A stretch of DNA of 64,000 bases. Origin: an uncultured Pseudomonadales bacterium (GTDB lineage Bacteria; Pseudomonadota; Gammaproteobacteria; Pseudomonadales; JADFDG01). The notes below the pieces were generated by a model that saw nothing but the letters and a program-made list of their open reading frames with translations, ran no database searches and had not been told where the DNA came from. A program made the position numbers and the translations under genes. Positions 12,095 through 22,826 of this stretch are shown one piece after another (positions within the stretch are counted from its first letter, which is position 1; each line of letters starts with the position of its first letter). Where the stretch lies: NCBI GenBank assembly GCA_964574995.1, contig CAZNPF010000006.1, forward strand, positions 42,877-106,876, in the 5' to 3' direction.

Positions 12095-13342
12095 CAACTC
12101 ACGGTCGATCAGCGAAACCGTCCGCGCAACCGCGCCACGATTTTCTTGAACGAATTGTTGGCCTGCCTCGCCAGCCGCATCGCGCTTCGCGCGATCAGAT
12201 AGCCAGCTCGACACCACATTGGAAAGCGCCTCTGCATCAGCAGCAATACGGAGCGCCTGCCGCTCCTGCAAGGCATCCGCGATCAACTGGAAGTTGAACA
12301 AACTGGGGCCACTGCAAACCGGCACACCCAACGCCGCCGGCTCCAAGAAATTATGTCCACCGGTGCCGGAAAATGAGCCGCCAATAAACGCTACATCGGC
12401 CGTAGCAAACAGCAGATTCAGTTCGCCCATGGTGTCGCCAAGGTAAATGCGGGTCTCTGCTGTCACCGTCGCCCCAGCGCTGCGACGTACAGTGTTGGCT
12501 TCTCGCGAAGCCAATACCGCCACAGCATCAAAGCGTTCAGGATGCCGCGGAACAAGGATCAACAGCAAATCAGGAAATTGCTGCCGCAAAATCCGATTTG
12601 CAGCCAGCACGATTTCATCTTCACCCGCATGCGTGCTGGCCGCGATCCATACCGGCCGATCACCCCACGACTCACGTAAACGCCTGGCCTGTGCAGTAAG
12701 ATCGCCGGTTATTGGCTGATCGAATTTGAGATTGCCCGTCACGACCACTTGTGATGCGCCTAGTGCACGAAATCTGGCGGCGTCACTGTCGGCCTGCGCC
12801 GCGATCAATGAAAAATTATTTAACGTATTTCGGGTCAGCTGGCCAAGCCGGGCATAACCGCGCGCCGATTTTTCCGATAACCGCGCATTGACCAACAACA
12901 CCGGGATACCACGTGCACGGCAGGCTGCAACAAGATTCGGCCAAATTTCGGTTTCCATGACCAACACTGCACGCGGTTTCACACGATCCAGAAAGCGTGC
13001 GACCGCTCCCGGCGTATCCATGGGCAGAAAACTATGTGCCACCCTGCCACCAAAACGTGCGCCGACCTGCGCCGCGCCCGTGAACGTCGTGCTGGTCAAC
13101 CACAATGGCCACTGGCGTTCCAGCAACGCTTCAATCAACGGTGCCGCCGCGAGGGTTTCGCCCACGGAAACGCAGTGCACAACGACGGGACGATTGTCCG
13201 CACGCGCGACATAACCTAATCGCTCCGCCAACCCGCTACCGGAAGCACCCACACCCGCCGGGCCACGCGCACGCCAGACCAACCGCAGCAACATCGGCGG
13301 CAACAGCACGTACAACAGCAGTGAGTACAGAAGGCGAGGCAT
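12080..13342 (-). CDS. waaA: 3-deoxy-D-manno-octulosonic acid (Kdo) transferase
   Basis: N-terminal membrane anchor MPRLLYSLLLYVLLPP, VHCVSVGE motif, and a GT30-type C-terminal half. Its 3' end overlaps the galU 3' end by 15 bp (convergent). Confidence 0.9.
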   Translation of the reverse strand: MPRLLYSLLLYVLLPPMLLRLVWRARGPAGVGASGSGLAERLGYVARADNRPVVVHCVSVGETLAAAPLIEALLERQWPLWLTSTTFTGAAQVGARFGGRVAHSFLPMDTPGAVARFLDRVKPRAVLVMETEIWPNLVAACRARGIPVLLVNARLSEKSARGYARLGQLTRNTLNNFSLIAAQADSDAARFRALGASQVVVTGNLKFDQPITGDLTAQARRLRESWGDRPVWIAASTHAGEDEIVLAANRILRQQFPDLLLILVPRHPERFDAVAVLASREANTVRRSAGATVTAETRIYLGDTMGELNLLFATADVAFIGGSFSGTGGHNFLEPAALGVPVCSGPSLFNFQLIADALQERQALRIAADAEALSNVVSSWLSDRAKRDAAGEAGQQFVQENRGAVARTVSLIDRELSVSQ

Positions 13343-13474
13343 CGTTGCATTGTAGCGGCGAGATTGCGTACGCGGCTGCGCTCTTCACCCGCCGCTCGCC
13401 GTTAGGGCCGGCAACCCATCGAGAACCCGCGCCCCGATGCTAGACTGCCGTCCGCCTCATTCTGGGAGTCGCGC

Positions 13475-14356
13475 ATGGCACGCAAGGGCATCATCCTCGC
13501 CGGCGGATCGGGCTCTCGCCTGTATCCGATCACTCTCGGCGTCAGCAAACAGTTGGTCCCGGTTTACGACAAGCCGATGATCTATTACCCGCTATCCACG
13601 CTGATGCTGGCGGGCATTCGCGACATCCTGCTCATTTCAACACCGCAAGATTTGCCGGCCTTCCAGCGGTTGCTCGGCGATGGCAGCCAGTTCGGCATCC
13701 GCATGTCTTATGCAGAACAACCCAGCCCCGACGGCCTCGCGCAAGCGTTCATCATTGGCGCGGACTTCGTCGGCAACGACCCTTCCTGTTTGATTCTTGG
13801 CGACAATATTTTTTACGGGCAAGGCCTCGTCGGCCAACTGCGCGATGCCAGCGCACGCAACACCGGTGCCACCGTGTTTGGCTATTACGTGAATGATCCA
13901 GAACGCTATGGCGTGGTGGAATTCGATGCCAATGGCCGCGCAATCAGCATCGAAGAAAAACCCAAAAAGCCCAAGTCCCACTATGCCGTCACTGGGCTTT
14001 ATTTCTACGACAACGATGTGATCGACATTGCGCGCAACATTAAGCCCAGCGCCCGTGGTGAGCTAGAAATCACTGACGTGAATCGCATTTATCTGGAACT
14101 CGGAAAGCTAAACGTCGAATTGATGGGTCGTGGTTACGCCTGGCTGGATACCGGCACCCACGCTTCACTGCTGGAAGCCACCAACTTCGTACAAATCCTT
14201 CAATCTCGCCAAGGCTTGCAAATCAGTTGCCCGGAAGAAATTGCCTGGCGACAACGCTGGATCAGTGACGAACATCTATCCGTGCTGGCCCAGCCGCTGG
14301 CAAAAAATGATTACGGCCGCTATCTGCTCAATCTACTTAACACGCAACGCCCATGA
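13475..14356 (+). CDS. rmlA: glucose-1-phosphate thymidylyltransferase
   Basis: [37 protein letters not shown]. Confidence 0.95.
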   Translation: MARKGIILAGGSGSRLYPITLGVSKQLVPVYDKPMIYYPLSTLMLAGIRDILLISTPQDLPAFQRLLGDGSQFGIRMSYAEQPSPDGLAQAFIIGADFVGNDPSCLILGDNIFYGQGLVGQLRDASARNTGATVFGYYVNDPERYGVVEFDANGRAISIEEKPKKPKSHYAVTGLYFYDNDVIDIARNIKPSARGELEITDVNRIYLELGKLNVELMGRGYAWLDTGTHASLLEATNFVQILQSRQGLQISCPEEIAWRQRWISDEHLSVLAQPLAKNDYGRYLLNLLNTQRP

Positions 14357-14916
14357 AAATCACTGAATCTGCACTGCCTGGCGTTCTCCTATTGGCACCC
14401 AAAGTACATGGTGATGCCCGCGGTTTTTTCATGGAGACGTGGCGCGAATCCCTGCTGCAAGAGGCCGGGGTCGATGTGCGATTCGTGCAGGACAACCATT
14501 CACGTTCACAGCGCGGCGTGCTGCGCGGATTGCATTACCAGTTAGTTCAACCACAAGGAAAACTAGTGCGCGTTTCGCGTGGCGCGGTCTTCGACGTGGC
14601 AGTCGATGTGCGCGTAGGTTCGCCGCACTTTGGTCGCTGGTATGGCGTCGTGCTGGATGACGTCGATCATCGCATGATGTACGTGCCGCCCGGCTTCGCT
14701 CACGGCTTCTGCGTACTGTCGGATACCGCAGATTTTCTTTACAAGTGCACCGATTATTACCATCCGACATCCGAACAAGGCGTCGCTTGGAATGATCCCG
14801 ACATCGGTATCGTCTGGCCGGACATGGGCGTTGAACCCACACTTTCCCACAAAGATCAGGCGACACCGCGCTTGCGCGATCAACCGCATGATCGCCTTCC
14901 TGTTTTCGCACGCTGA
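14353..14916 (+). CDS. rmlC: dTDP-4-dehydrorhamnose 3,5-epimerase
   Basis: [10 protein letters not shown] and [17 protein letters not shown] motifs. ATGA overlap with rmlA. Confidence 0.95.
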   Translation: MKITESALPGVLLLAPKVHGDARGFFMETWRESLLQEAGVDVRFVQDNHSRSQRGVLRGLHYQLVQPQGKLVRVSRGAVFDVAVDVRVGSPHFGRWYGVVLDDVDHRMMYVPPGFAHGFCVLSDTADFLYKCTDYYHPTSEQGVAWNDPDIGIVWPDMGVEPTLSHKDQATPRLRDQPHDRLPVFAR

Positions 14917-14922
14917 TTCGCC

Positions 14923-15816
14923 ATGACGTGTCGCGTGCTAGTCATCGGTAGCAACGGCCAAGTCGGGCACGAACTCATGATGCGTGCGCGCACTTTTCCG
15001 GCGCTCACCGTCATCGGTCTCACGCGTGCGCAACTGGATCTCGTACACGCCGATCGCATTGCGCCGGCACTGGATATTGCACAGCCAGACATTGTCATCA
15101 ACGCGGCAGCTTGGACGGCGGTCGATCGCGCAGAAACAGAGCAGGCGGCGGCATTTGCCATCAATGGCGATGCCGTGGCGGTGCTTGCAGAACACTGCAC
15201 GCAACGCACGATTCCGCTGCTGCATCTCTCGACCGATTATGTGTTTGACGGCAGCGGCACGCGGCCGTGGTTGGCCTCCGATTCGCCTGCGCCCCTAGGC
15301 ACTTACGGCCGCAGCAAACTGGCCGGTGAAATGGCCGCGCGCCGCTGTCCGCAGCACCTGGTGCTGCGCACCAGCTGGGTGTTCGGCGCGCACGGCAATA
15401 ATTTTGTGCGCACGATGGTCCGGCTGGCCGGCGAGCGCGACCGGCTGCGTGTCGTCGCCGATCAGATCGGCGGGCCAACCTGGGCGGGTCATCTCGCTGA
15501 CGCCTTGCTCACGCTTGCCGAGCGCCATGCACACGGCGAGGCGCTGCCTTGGGGGCTCTACCACTACGCGGGTCAGCCTTGGGTCAGTTGGCATCAATTC
15601 GCGACCGAAACCCTCACCGAGGCGCATCGGCTCGGCCTGATCGAGCAGCTCCCGACCATCGAAGCCATCAGCACCGCCGAATACCCGCTGCCAGCGCCGC
15701 GCCCGCTAAACTCGCGCTTGGATATGCAGGACACCACGCGTGCACTGGGCCTGTCGGCTCCGAACTGGCGCGATGGCTTGCAGCAAGTTCTGCGGGAATG
15801 GCACGCCACGCCCTGA
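14923..15816 (+). CDS. rmlD: dTDP-4-dehydrorhamnose reductase
   Basis: RmlD-like SDR (VIGSNGQVG, STDYVFDG, YGRSKLAGE). Confidence 0.9.
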   Translation: MTCRVLVIGSNGQVGHELMMRARTFPALTVIGLTRAQLDLVHADRIAPALDIAQPDIVINAAAWTAVDRAETEQAAAFAINGDAVAVLAEHCTQRTIPLLHLSTDYVFDGSGTRPWLASDSPAPLGTYGRSKLAGEMAARRCPQHLVLRTSWVFGAHGNNFVRTMVRLAGERDRLRVVADQIGGPTWAGHLADALLTLAERHAHGEALPWGLYHYAGQPWVSWHQFATETLTEAHRLGLIEQLPTIEAISTAEYPLPAPRPLNSRLDMQDTTRALGLSAPNWRDGLQQVLREWHATP

Positions 15817-15867
15817 ACTCGCACCATCGCAACCTTCCACACCCGGCGTTACCTCAGCAGGACTCTC

Positions 15868-16893
15868 ATGCATTACCGCGCCAACAATATCCTCGTCACG
15901 GGCGGTGCCGGATTTATCGGCAGTAATTTTGTGCGTTGGCTGCTGACGCAGGATGCGCAAGTGCGCATCGTGAATCTCGATGCACTGACGTATGCCGGCT
16001 CACGCGACAATTTGCGCGATCTGCCCGACGCGACTCGACATATTTTTGTTCACGGTGATATCTGCGATCGCTCTCTCGTCGATCGCCTACTGCGCGAACA
16101 CGCCATCGATACCGTGATCCATTTTGCGGCAGAGTCGCATGTGGATCGCTCGATCAGCGGCCCCGGCGAATTTGTGCGCACGAATCTCGTCGGCACGTTT
16201 ACGCTATTGGAAGCCGCACGACAGTATTGGATCGGCGAACAAAAACTGTCACGCGAACAACTTGCCAACACGCGTCGCTTCCACCACATCTCCACCGATG
16301 AGGTTTACGGCACGCTGCACGCCAGTGATCCTGCCTTCACCGAACAAACACCGTACGCGCCAAACTCACCTTATTCCGCCAGCAAAGCCGGCTCGGATCA
16401 TCTGGTGCGCGCCTATTTCCACACGTACGGCTTGCCGGTAACGACCACCAACTGCTCAAACAATTACGGCCCACTACAACACGGCGAGAAATTCATACCC
16501 ACGATCATTCGCGCCTGCCGCGAACAGAAAAAAATTCCGGTCTACGGCGACGGATCCAATATCCGCGATTGGTTATATGTAGACGATCACTGTCGCGGCA
16601 TCTGGCGCGTCATAGAAGCCGGTCAGCTGGGCGAAACCTACAACATCGGCGGCCATAATGAGTGGCGTAATATCGACATCGTGCGCCTGATCTGTCGTCT
16701 GCTGGATGAGCGCATGCCATCTGGCGCGCCGCACGAGAAGCTGATTAGTTTTGTCACCGATCGACCTGGCCATGATTGGCGCTACGCGATTGATGCCGGG
16801 CGCATGACTAAAGAATTGCGCTGGATACCCGTGGAAACCTTTGAAACCGGCATTGCCAAAACCGTTGATTGGTACCTTGCCAATACTTTCTAA
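15868..16893 (+). CDS. rmlB: dTDP-glucose 4,6-dehydratase
   Basis: ILVTGGAGFIGSNFVR and YSASKAGSDHLVRAY. Confidence 0.95.
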   Translation: MHYRANNILVTGGAGFIGSNFVRWLLTQDAQVRIVNLDALTYAGSRDNLRDLPDATRHIFVHGDICDRSLVDRLLREHAIDTVIHFAAESHVDRSISGPGEFVRTNLVGTFTLLEAARQYWIGEQKLSREQLANTRRFHHISTDEVYGTLHASDPAFTEQTPYAPNSPYSASKAGSDHLVRAYFHTYGLPVTTTNCSNNYGPLQHGEKFIPTIIRACREQKKIPVYGDGSNIRDWLYVDDHCRGIWRVIEAGQLGETYNIGGHNEWRNIDIVRLICRLLDERMPSGAPHEKLISFVTDRPGHDWRYAIDAGRMTKELRWIPVETFETGIAKTVDWYLANTF

Positions 16894-16902
16894 ATACCGC
16901 GC

Positions 16903-17865
16903 ATGACCGAACCCGCAGCGTCCTCACAGAAAAAAAATCGTCGTCAACGAAAGCGCGACCAGAAACCCGCACATCCCGCGCATCCGCGCTTCTGGCATGT
17001 GTGGCTATTCATGCTGCCGCTGACCATTCTGGCCGCTTGGACCCCTTGGCCCGTTGCACGCTTCATTGGCTACCGCATCGGCGATCTCAGTTGGATGCTG
17101 CTGCGCAGCCGCCGTCGCATCACGTTGCGCAATCTCGAGTTATGTTTTCCTCAGTGGAGCGAAGAAAAACGGCACATCACTGGCCGTGACAGTTTTCGTT
17201 CTACGGGCATTGCCGTTTTTGAATCTAGCCGAGCTTGGTGGCAGCCTATTCAGCGCATCGCGGCTGATTTTGAATTGCACGGCGTCGAGCATCTAGAGCA
17301 CGCGCGCGCCCAAGGTCGCGGCGTCATGTTGTTCGGCCTGCATCTCACCGCGCTGGAAATTACCGGCGCGGCCGCATCACATCACTTCCCGATCAACACC
17401 ATCTTCCGGCCACAAAATAATGCCGGCATGGAGGCCCTGGTCAGCTGGCGTCGTAAACGCATCTACACGCGCCAGATCGATCGACGCGACATCCGAACGA
17501 TCTACCGTGCCCTGAAAGACAACGAAATCACCTGGTACACGGGCGATCAGGATTTTGGTCGGCAACACGCGGTGTTCGTGCCTTTTTTTGGTGTGCCTGC
17601 GGCCACCATCGTGGCCGGCATGCGTTTTGCGCGCGCGAATCATTCGGTCGCTCTCGGCGTAAGTTTCCGCCGTGACGACCACACCGGCCACTACATTTTG
17701 GAATTCAGCGAACCACTGGCATTCACGGATGACGATGAAGCCGATGCGCTTGTCATGAATCGCCATATCGAAACGGCGATTCTGAAAGCCCCCGGCCAAT
17801 ACATGTGGTATCACAAACGATTCAAGACGCTACAAAATCCCAGCAGTGGAAGTTCATATCCATGA
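16903..17865 (+). CDS. lipid A biosynthesis late acyltransferase (LpxL/LpxM/HtrB family)
   Basis: HPRFWHVWLFMLPL N-terminal anchor as in LpxL, HX4E motif (HLTALE), and YTGDQDFG. Confidence 0.8.
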   Translation: MTEPAASSQKKNRRQRKRDQKPAHPAHPRFWHVWLFMLPLTILAAWTPWPVARFIGYRIGDLSWMLLRSRRRITLRNLELCFPQWSEEKRHITGRDSFRSTGIAVFESSRAWWQPIQRIAADFELHGVEHLEHARAQGRGVMLFGLHLTALEITGAAASHHFPINTIFRPQNNAGMEALVSWRRKRIYTRQIDRRDIRTIYRALKDNEITWYTGDQDFGRQHAVFVPFFGVPAATIVAGMRFARANHSVALGVSFRRDDHTGHYILEFSEPLAFTDDDEADALVMNRHIETAILKAPGQYMWYHKRFKTLQNPSSGSSYP

Positions 17866-18902
17866 ACACTGACAGCAGCCATCACACTAAAGTCATTGTT
17901 GTCCTCGGCATGCATCGCAGCGGCACCAGCGCCGTGACACGCGGACTACTAGCACTAGGCGTTTCTCTTGGCGACAACCTGACACAAGCGAGTCGTGACA
18001 ACGTCAAAGGCTTCTGGGAGGACCGCGAAGTCGTTGCTATCGATGACGAAATCCTTGCTCGACTCGGCATGTGTTGGCACAGCATTGGTCATACCCCCAA
18101 TGCTCAAGAGTGGGAAAGTCTGCTGGCTTCAGACGTAGCAGTGCGTGCAGAAGCGCACGTGCGTGCACAAATCAGACGTTATCCACTCTGGGGCGTCAAA
18201 GATCCGCGCATACCCCGGCTACTCCCGTTCTGGCGCGCTATTTTCGCACGCTGCGACGTCAACCCCTTCTTTGTCGTCATCGCCCGCGACCCTCGTAGCG
18301 TGGCTGCCTCGCTTGCACGCCGTAACGGGTTTCCCTTTGCCTATAGCTGCCAACTTTGGTTGGATCACCTGCTGCCTAGCCTGCTGCTCACTTCACCCGA
18401 AGAACGCGTGATCGCCGATTACGATCAGCTGCTGGAGCAACCCGTGGGTGAGCTCAAGCGAATTTCTCGCGCGCTTGACCTATCTCCACTGTCTGATCAA
18501 GTTCTCGGCGATTACACCACCGGCTTTCTCGACAAAAATCTCCGAAATCATTCTGGCAAAGCAGAAAGAGATACTGATGTGCCAGCCTTACCGGCAGCCG
18601 TCAAAGAAGCATTCGATATCATTGGCGCACTGGCGGCCGGCCGTGAAAATGGGTCTGAAAAAACCCGCCTGCTTACTCTCAATGCACAACAGCAAGGTCA
18701 GCGCGAGTTATTGCAAATGGCGTCTGAAGAGCATCTGGCTCGCTACTACGCTGAGCGAGAATTGCAACGCATCCGACGCAGTCCGATTCGCAATCTATTC
18801 AGAAACCTTTTGCGAGAGAAATTAGGGTTACGCTCTCAACGAAGTCCGTTGACTCAAGGCGCGTCTGGCAAGCGTAGTGACTCGCCGCGCCCTACGGCGT
18901 AA
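17862..18902 (+). CDS. sulfotransferase-family protein (PAPS-type P-loop fold)
   Basis: Lies in ORF 17805..18902. The likely start is ATG 17862 (MNTDSSHH), giving an ATGA overlap with the acyltransferase stop. It has a 5'-PSB-like loop GMHRSGTS and a 3'-PB-like [11 protein letters not shown]. Confidence 0.65.
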   Translation: MNTDSSHHTKVIVVLGMHRSGTSAVTRGLLALGVSLGDNLTQASRDNVKGFWEDREVVAIDDEILARLGMCWHSIGHTPNAQEWESLLASDVAVRAEAHVRAQIRRYPLWGVKDPRIPRLLPFWRAIFARCDVNPFFVVIARDPRSVAASLARRNGFPFAYSCQLWLDHLLPSLLLTSPEERVIADYDQLLEQPVGELKRISRALDLSPLSDQVLGDYTTGFLDKNLRNHSGKAERDTDVPALPAAVKEAFDIIGALAAGRENGSEKTRLLTLNAQQQGQRELLQMASEEHLARYYAERELQRIRRSPIRNLFRNLLREKLGLRSQRSPLTQGASGKRSDSPRPTA

Positions 18903-20203
18903 TAGCGCAAGCCCGCTGCCTGCACATCGGCTGGGTTATACAGGTTGCGACCATCAACGATCACGCCGTGGCGCAACTGCTGCTTGAGCCACACAAAATC
19001 GACTGCACGAAATACTTTCCACTCGGTGCAAATCACCAAGGCATCCGCACCTTCGACTGCCGCATTGCGGTTAGCCACGAATTCGAGGTTAGGATTCGCA
19101 CCAAAAACCCGGCTTGCCTCCTGCATCGCCTCCGGATCAAACGCCCTCACCTTCGCGCCAGCAGCCCAGAGCGAGGCCAGCAACTCGCGGCTGGGCGCCT
19201 CGCGCATATCATCGGTATTTGGCTTGAACGCCAAACCCCACACCGCGATGGTCTTACCTTGCAGCTTCCCATCGAGCGCCTTATTCAGCTTGGAAAACAG
19301 CACGCCCTTCTGTCGGTGGTTAACACTTTCGACCGCTTCAATTAATTCCGGCACGTAGCCCACATCACGCGCAATGCGCGCAAGTGCCTGCACATCTTTT
19401 GGGAAGCAAGAACCCCCGTAGCCACAACCCGGATAAATGAAGTGGTAGCCGATGCGCGGGTCAGAACCAATCCCTTCGCGCACTTGCTCAATGTCTACAC
19501 CAAGCCGCTCCGCAATCTGCGACAACTCATTCATGAAACTGATCTTAGTGGCCAGCATGGCGTTGGCTGCGTATTTAGTCAGCTCCGCCTCGCGCAATCC
19601 CATGAACATCAATTTGTCATGGTTGCGGTTATAGGGCGCATAACATTCACGCATCAACTTGCGCACACGCTCAGAATTCGTTCCCACAACAATACGGGCC
19701 GCTTTGGTGAAATCTTCCAGCGCGCTGCCTTCTTTGAGAAATTCAGGATTCGAGCAAACATCAAACGTATGTGACACACCACGCTTCTTCAGCGCAGTGA
19801 TAATCGTCGCCTGTACTTTTTCGGCAGTTCCCACCGGCACCGTCGATTTGCCGACGACCACTTTGTAATCATCCAGATGCAAACCGATTGTATCGGCCAC
19901 CTGCAGCACATAACGCAAATCTGCGCTGCCGTCTTCGTCAGGCGGCGTACCCACGGCAATAAATTGCAGCACCCCATGCCGCACAGCAGCAGCCGCGTCG
20001 ACGGTAAAATCCAGCAGCCCCTCGCGGTGACAACGTCGGACAACCGCCTCTAATCCGGGTTCATAAATTGGCACGATGCCTTGCTTCAAGCGCGCAATTT
20101 TCTCGGCATCGACGTCCACGCACACGACATGGTGGCCAACGTCTGCCAAGCAGGCACCCGTCACCAAACCGACATAACCCGTACCGAATACAGTGATCTT
20201 CAC
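18854..20203 (-). CDS. ugd: UDP-glucose 6-dehydrogenase
   Basis: Lies in ORF 18854..20266. The likely start is GTG 20203 ([12 protein letters not shown]), preceded by GAGGAGGG. Canonical motifs are present: [26 protein letters not shown]. Confidence 0.9.
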   Translation of the reverse strand: MKITVFGTGYVGLVTGACLADVGHHVVCVDVDAEKIARLKQGIVPIYEPGLEAVVRRCHREGLLDFTVDAAAAVRHGVLQFIAVGTPPDEDGSADLRYVLQVADTIGLHLDDYKVVVGKSTVPVGTAEKVQATIITALKKRGVSHTFDVCSNPEFLKEGSALEDFTKAARIVVGTNSERVRKLMRECYAPYNRNHDKLMFMGLREAELTKYAANAMLATKISFMNELSQIAERLGVDIEQVREGIGSDPRIGYHFIYPGCGYGGSCFPKDVQALARIARDVGYVPELIEAVESVNHRQKGVLFSKLNKALDGKLQGKTIAVWGLAFKPNTDDMREAPSRELLASLWAAGAKVRAFDPEAMQEASRVFGANPNLEFVANRNAAVEGADALVICTEWKVFRAVDFVWLKQQLRHGVIVDGRNLYNPADVQAAGLRYYAVGRGESLRLPDAP

Positions 20204-20373
20204 GCCACCCTCCTCGGGCTGTGCGGCACATCTTCCGGGCCGCAAACGCAGTGTCAAATGCGGCAAATGCGCCGCAGGCAGGCGCGCAATTCTACCGGAT
20301 CGCCCACAACGGCTGCAGCGTCGTCGCCTAACTCCGGCCGATTACGTAGTTCGAGTACACTGCAACGCCGCCA

Positions 20374-21267
20374 ATGACCGCACCCATACTCGAGCTGCAT
20401 GTCACCATGACACTCTCAACATCGCCGTCGCCTGCCGCGCCCCTGCTGACCATTGTTATCGTTTCCTACGGCAGCGCTGCCGTTCTGCAAAAATGCCAGC
20501 ACGCATTTCTTACCGCTAATTCATTCCCGGTCATCATCGTCGACAATGCCAGCCCGGATGGTAGCGCCGACACGCTGGCACAGCTGTATCCACACGCGAA
20601 ACTGATGCGCCTCGCGCGCAATGAGGGCTTTGGCCGCGCCGCCAACATCGGCCTACGGGCAGCCCAGACGCCCTGGGCTTTTCTGCTCAATCCCGACCTC
20701 ATCGTGAATACCGATGATGTACAGGCAATGCTCGATTTTGCTCGGCAACAGGACTCCCGCCACTGTCTGTTCGGCCCAGCCGTGACCGAAAAAGATTTTC
20801 TCAAGCAAGGGGCTATCAGTCGTCAATGGCTGAGTGGCGCTGCTCTATTGTTCCGTCGCGCTGACTTCGAGAAACTCGGTTTTTTTGATGAAAACATTTT
20901 TCTCTATGGCGAAGACGACGACCTTTGTCGTCGCGTGTGGGAAAGCGGTCATCCGTTGCTATTGAATAGCAATCTCCACATGCACCATCTTCGCAAACAA
21001 TCGTCCGGATCCAATCCGAAAATCGAAACACTGCGTAACTGGCATCGCGGCTGGTCGACAATTTATTTCATGCGCAAGCACGGTGACCTGCGCTCCACTT
21101 GGGCGGCGTGCCGGCTGTGGCTACGTTACTGGAGCAAGGGGGCGCTCTCGTTCAAGCCATCCACGCGACGCCAAAACCTCGAACGGGCGGCCGGCATGCT
21201 GGCCTGCATACGCGGTGAAGCGGCGTTTCTATCTGATGGTCGCGCACGCGGTACCGACCGGCTTTGA
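20374..21267 (+). CDS. glycosyltransferase family 2
   Basis: IVIVSYG, IVDNASPDGS, LNPD and GEDDDLC motifs. An alternative start is at 20407. Confidence 0.8.
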   Translation: MTAPILELHVTMTLSTSPSPAAPLLTIVIVSYGSAAVLQKCQHAFLTANSFPVIIVDNASPDGSADTLAQLYPHAKLMRLARNEGFGRAANIGLRAAQTPWAFLLNPDLIVNTDDVQAMLDFARQQDSRHCLFGPAVTEKDFLKQGAISRQWLSGAALLFRRADFEKLGFFDENIFLYGEDDDLCRRVWESGHPLLLNSNLHMHHLRKQSSGSNPKIETLRNWHRGWSTIYFMRKHGDLRSTWAACRLWLRYWSKGALSFKPSTRRQNLERAAGMLACIRGEAAFLSDGRARGTDRL

Positions 21268-21328
21268 AGTTTTCCGTCATTGCCCGTCGCGGCAGCAATA
21301 CCTACGCCGCTGCGGCTGGCGCACCGAA

Positions 21329-21976
21329 TCAGCGCTTGGGCGGCAGCCCAAATAATTTTCGGAAAAAATCCCGCACCGGATGGGTGAGGTATTTTTTCCA
21401 CCAGCGCTGACGCTTGCCTTTTTTCCACTCACCAGCCTTGTTGGCATGCGGATAAGGGATATCAGGGCGCTCGCAACCCAGAAATGCGCAGACCTTGCTC
21501 CACGGATCGGGATCTTTGAGATCTAGCAGCAGAAAATCATCGGGCCGCTGACTAAAGTACTCCTGCACTTCGCGGTTATGTCGCTCATACCGCTCGATAT
21601 ACACCGACTCATTTCCTGCCGCAGTTTTCACCCCATAGATCCACACATGCATCGGCTTGATCTTGACGCCGAAGTGGTCCACCGCGCTCTTGATCCAAGA
21701 GGCGCTGTCACGTGTCGTCAGAATGAACTTGCTGCCCGGGAATTGCTGGTCCAATTCTTTATAGATAATTGGCCATGGGTTGTCCTGAAAAGCATCGTAT
21801 TGCTCAACCAGCGGAAACGTGAGCTTGAGCACGTCACGACCGATATTTTTATTCTCGATGCCAACTGGCCCCATCACCCGATAGCCCAATGCCTCCAGCG
21901 CCAACTCAAGGCTCGTGGTGCCCGTTTTGGAGAAGCCGATACAGAAAACTTTTTGCTTTTTCATGCTCAATTCCAT
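21329..21976 (-). CDS. sulfotransferase-family protein (small, Sulfotransfer_4-like)
   Basis: FCIGFSKTGTTS P-loop-like 5'-PSB and LTTRDSASWIKS 3'-PB-like motif. An alternative start is at 21964 (MKKQKVF). Confidence 0.6.
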   Translation of the reverse strand: MELSMKKQKVFCIGFSKTGTTSLELALEALGYRVMGPVGIENKNIGRDVLKLTFPLVEQYDAFQDNPWPIIYKELDQQFPGSKFILTTRDSASWIKSAVDHFGVKIKPMHVWIYGVKTAAGNESVYIERYERHNREVQEYFSQRPDDFLLLDLKDPDPWSKVCAFLGCERPDIPYPHANKAGEWKKGKRQRWWKKYLTHPVRDFFRKLFGLPPKR

Positions 21977-21988
21977 GCCCTTTAAACT

Positions 21989-22792
21989 TCAACGCATGCG
22001 TCGCGTTCGGCCTATGGCCATCGCCGGTTTTTCGGCCGGGTAAAATTCGGCGGCATGCTGTTTTAAATAGCGGTGCCGACTACGACTGAATAAAAACTTG
22101 TCCACCGGCATCAGTAGACGATACCGCCAAGGCACGAACGGCCTGCTTTGCGGTGGCTTCTGAATACTTGATGGATGCTCATGCTCATAAATGACATGTG
22201 GCTCCACGCCATAATGGCGTAAATCGTATTCCCAAAAGTGGTCGTAAAACTTGTCGATCGGCTCATAAATTCGCCAAGCCGTATCCAGCACTTTACGCAT
22301 ACCGGCGCGATTGATCACATAGCCCTGCGTGCCACACCAGCCACGCTCTGGACGCACCAATCGATGCGATTCCATATCCGGCAATACCGACAACACTTTA
22401 CGTTTGCGGATACGCAAGCCCATCAAGCGCACCATCTCGGCTTCTTCCGGCAATTGCTCAATGGCGCCCAACGCCTTCGCAAAATCCGACTCCAAACCGA
22501 CGTCATCTTCCAGCAAACAAAGCCGTGGTAAACCTTCATCCCAAGCGTGTTGGATGGCGCGGTAATGCGAGAGGTAACAGCCAATCTCTGCCGCACGCAA
22601 TAAACGACCATGCCGAATGAGCGCCTTGCGATCATCGAAACGCTCACGCCCCTGCAGCTGAGGTGTTCCTTGTCGACCATCTACTGCCGCAATAAATTCA
22701 AAAGCAACACGTTGCGTACGCAACTCCTCCGCCAACGCCAACGCCATCGCGCTGGAAGGATTCAGGCTAATGATTCGACAGGGGATACTCAT
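21989..22792 (-). CDS. glycosyltransferase family 25 (LPS/LOS beta-1,4-galactosyltransferase-like)
   Basis: IISLNPS start, GCYLSHYRA, and LLEDDV as in the Lic2B/LgtB family. Confidence 0.75.
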   Translation of the reverse strand: MSIPCRIISLNPSSAMALALAEELRTQRVAFEFIAAVDGRQGTPQLQGRERFDDRKALIRHGRLLRAAEIGCYLSHYRAIQHAWDEGLPRLCLLEDDVGLESDFAKALGAIEQLPEEAEMVRLMGLRIRKRKVLSVLPDMESHRLVRPERGWCGTQGYVINRAGMRKVLDTAWRIYEPIDKFYDHFWEYDLRHYGVEPHVIYEHEHPSSIQKPPQSRPFVPWRYRLLMPVDKFLFSRSRHRYLKQHAAEFYPAEKPAMAIGRTRRMR

Positions 22793-22826
22793 GCGTTACA
22801 GACCTCGAACGAATCACGACGGCCAG

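Noticed and set aside
13343-13474. A search for a JUMPstart/ops (GGCGGTAG) element upstream of rmlA.
   Set aside because: Only GTAGCGGCG is present, which is not the ops sequence in either orientation. No RfaH-type element can be supported.
16930-16937. An A8 homopolymer inside the 5' end of the LpxL-family gene, a possible phase-variation tract.
   Set aside because: It encodes the Lys-rich basic N-terminal segment (QKKNRRQRKR) in frame. It is a single short tract, and there is no evidence of on/off variants.
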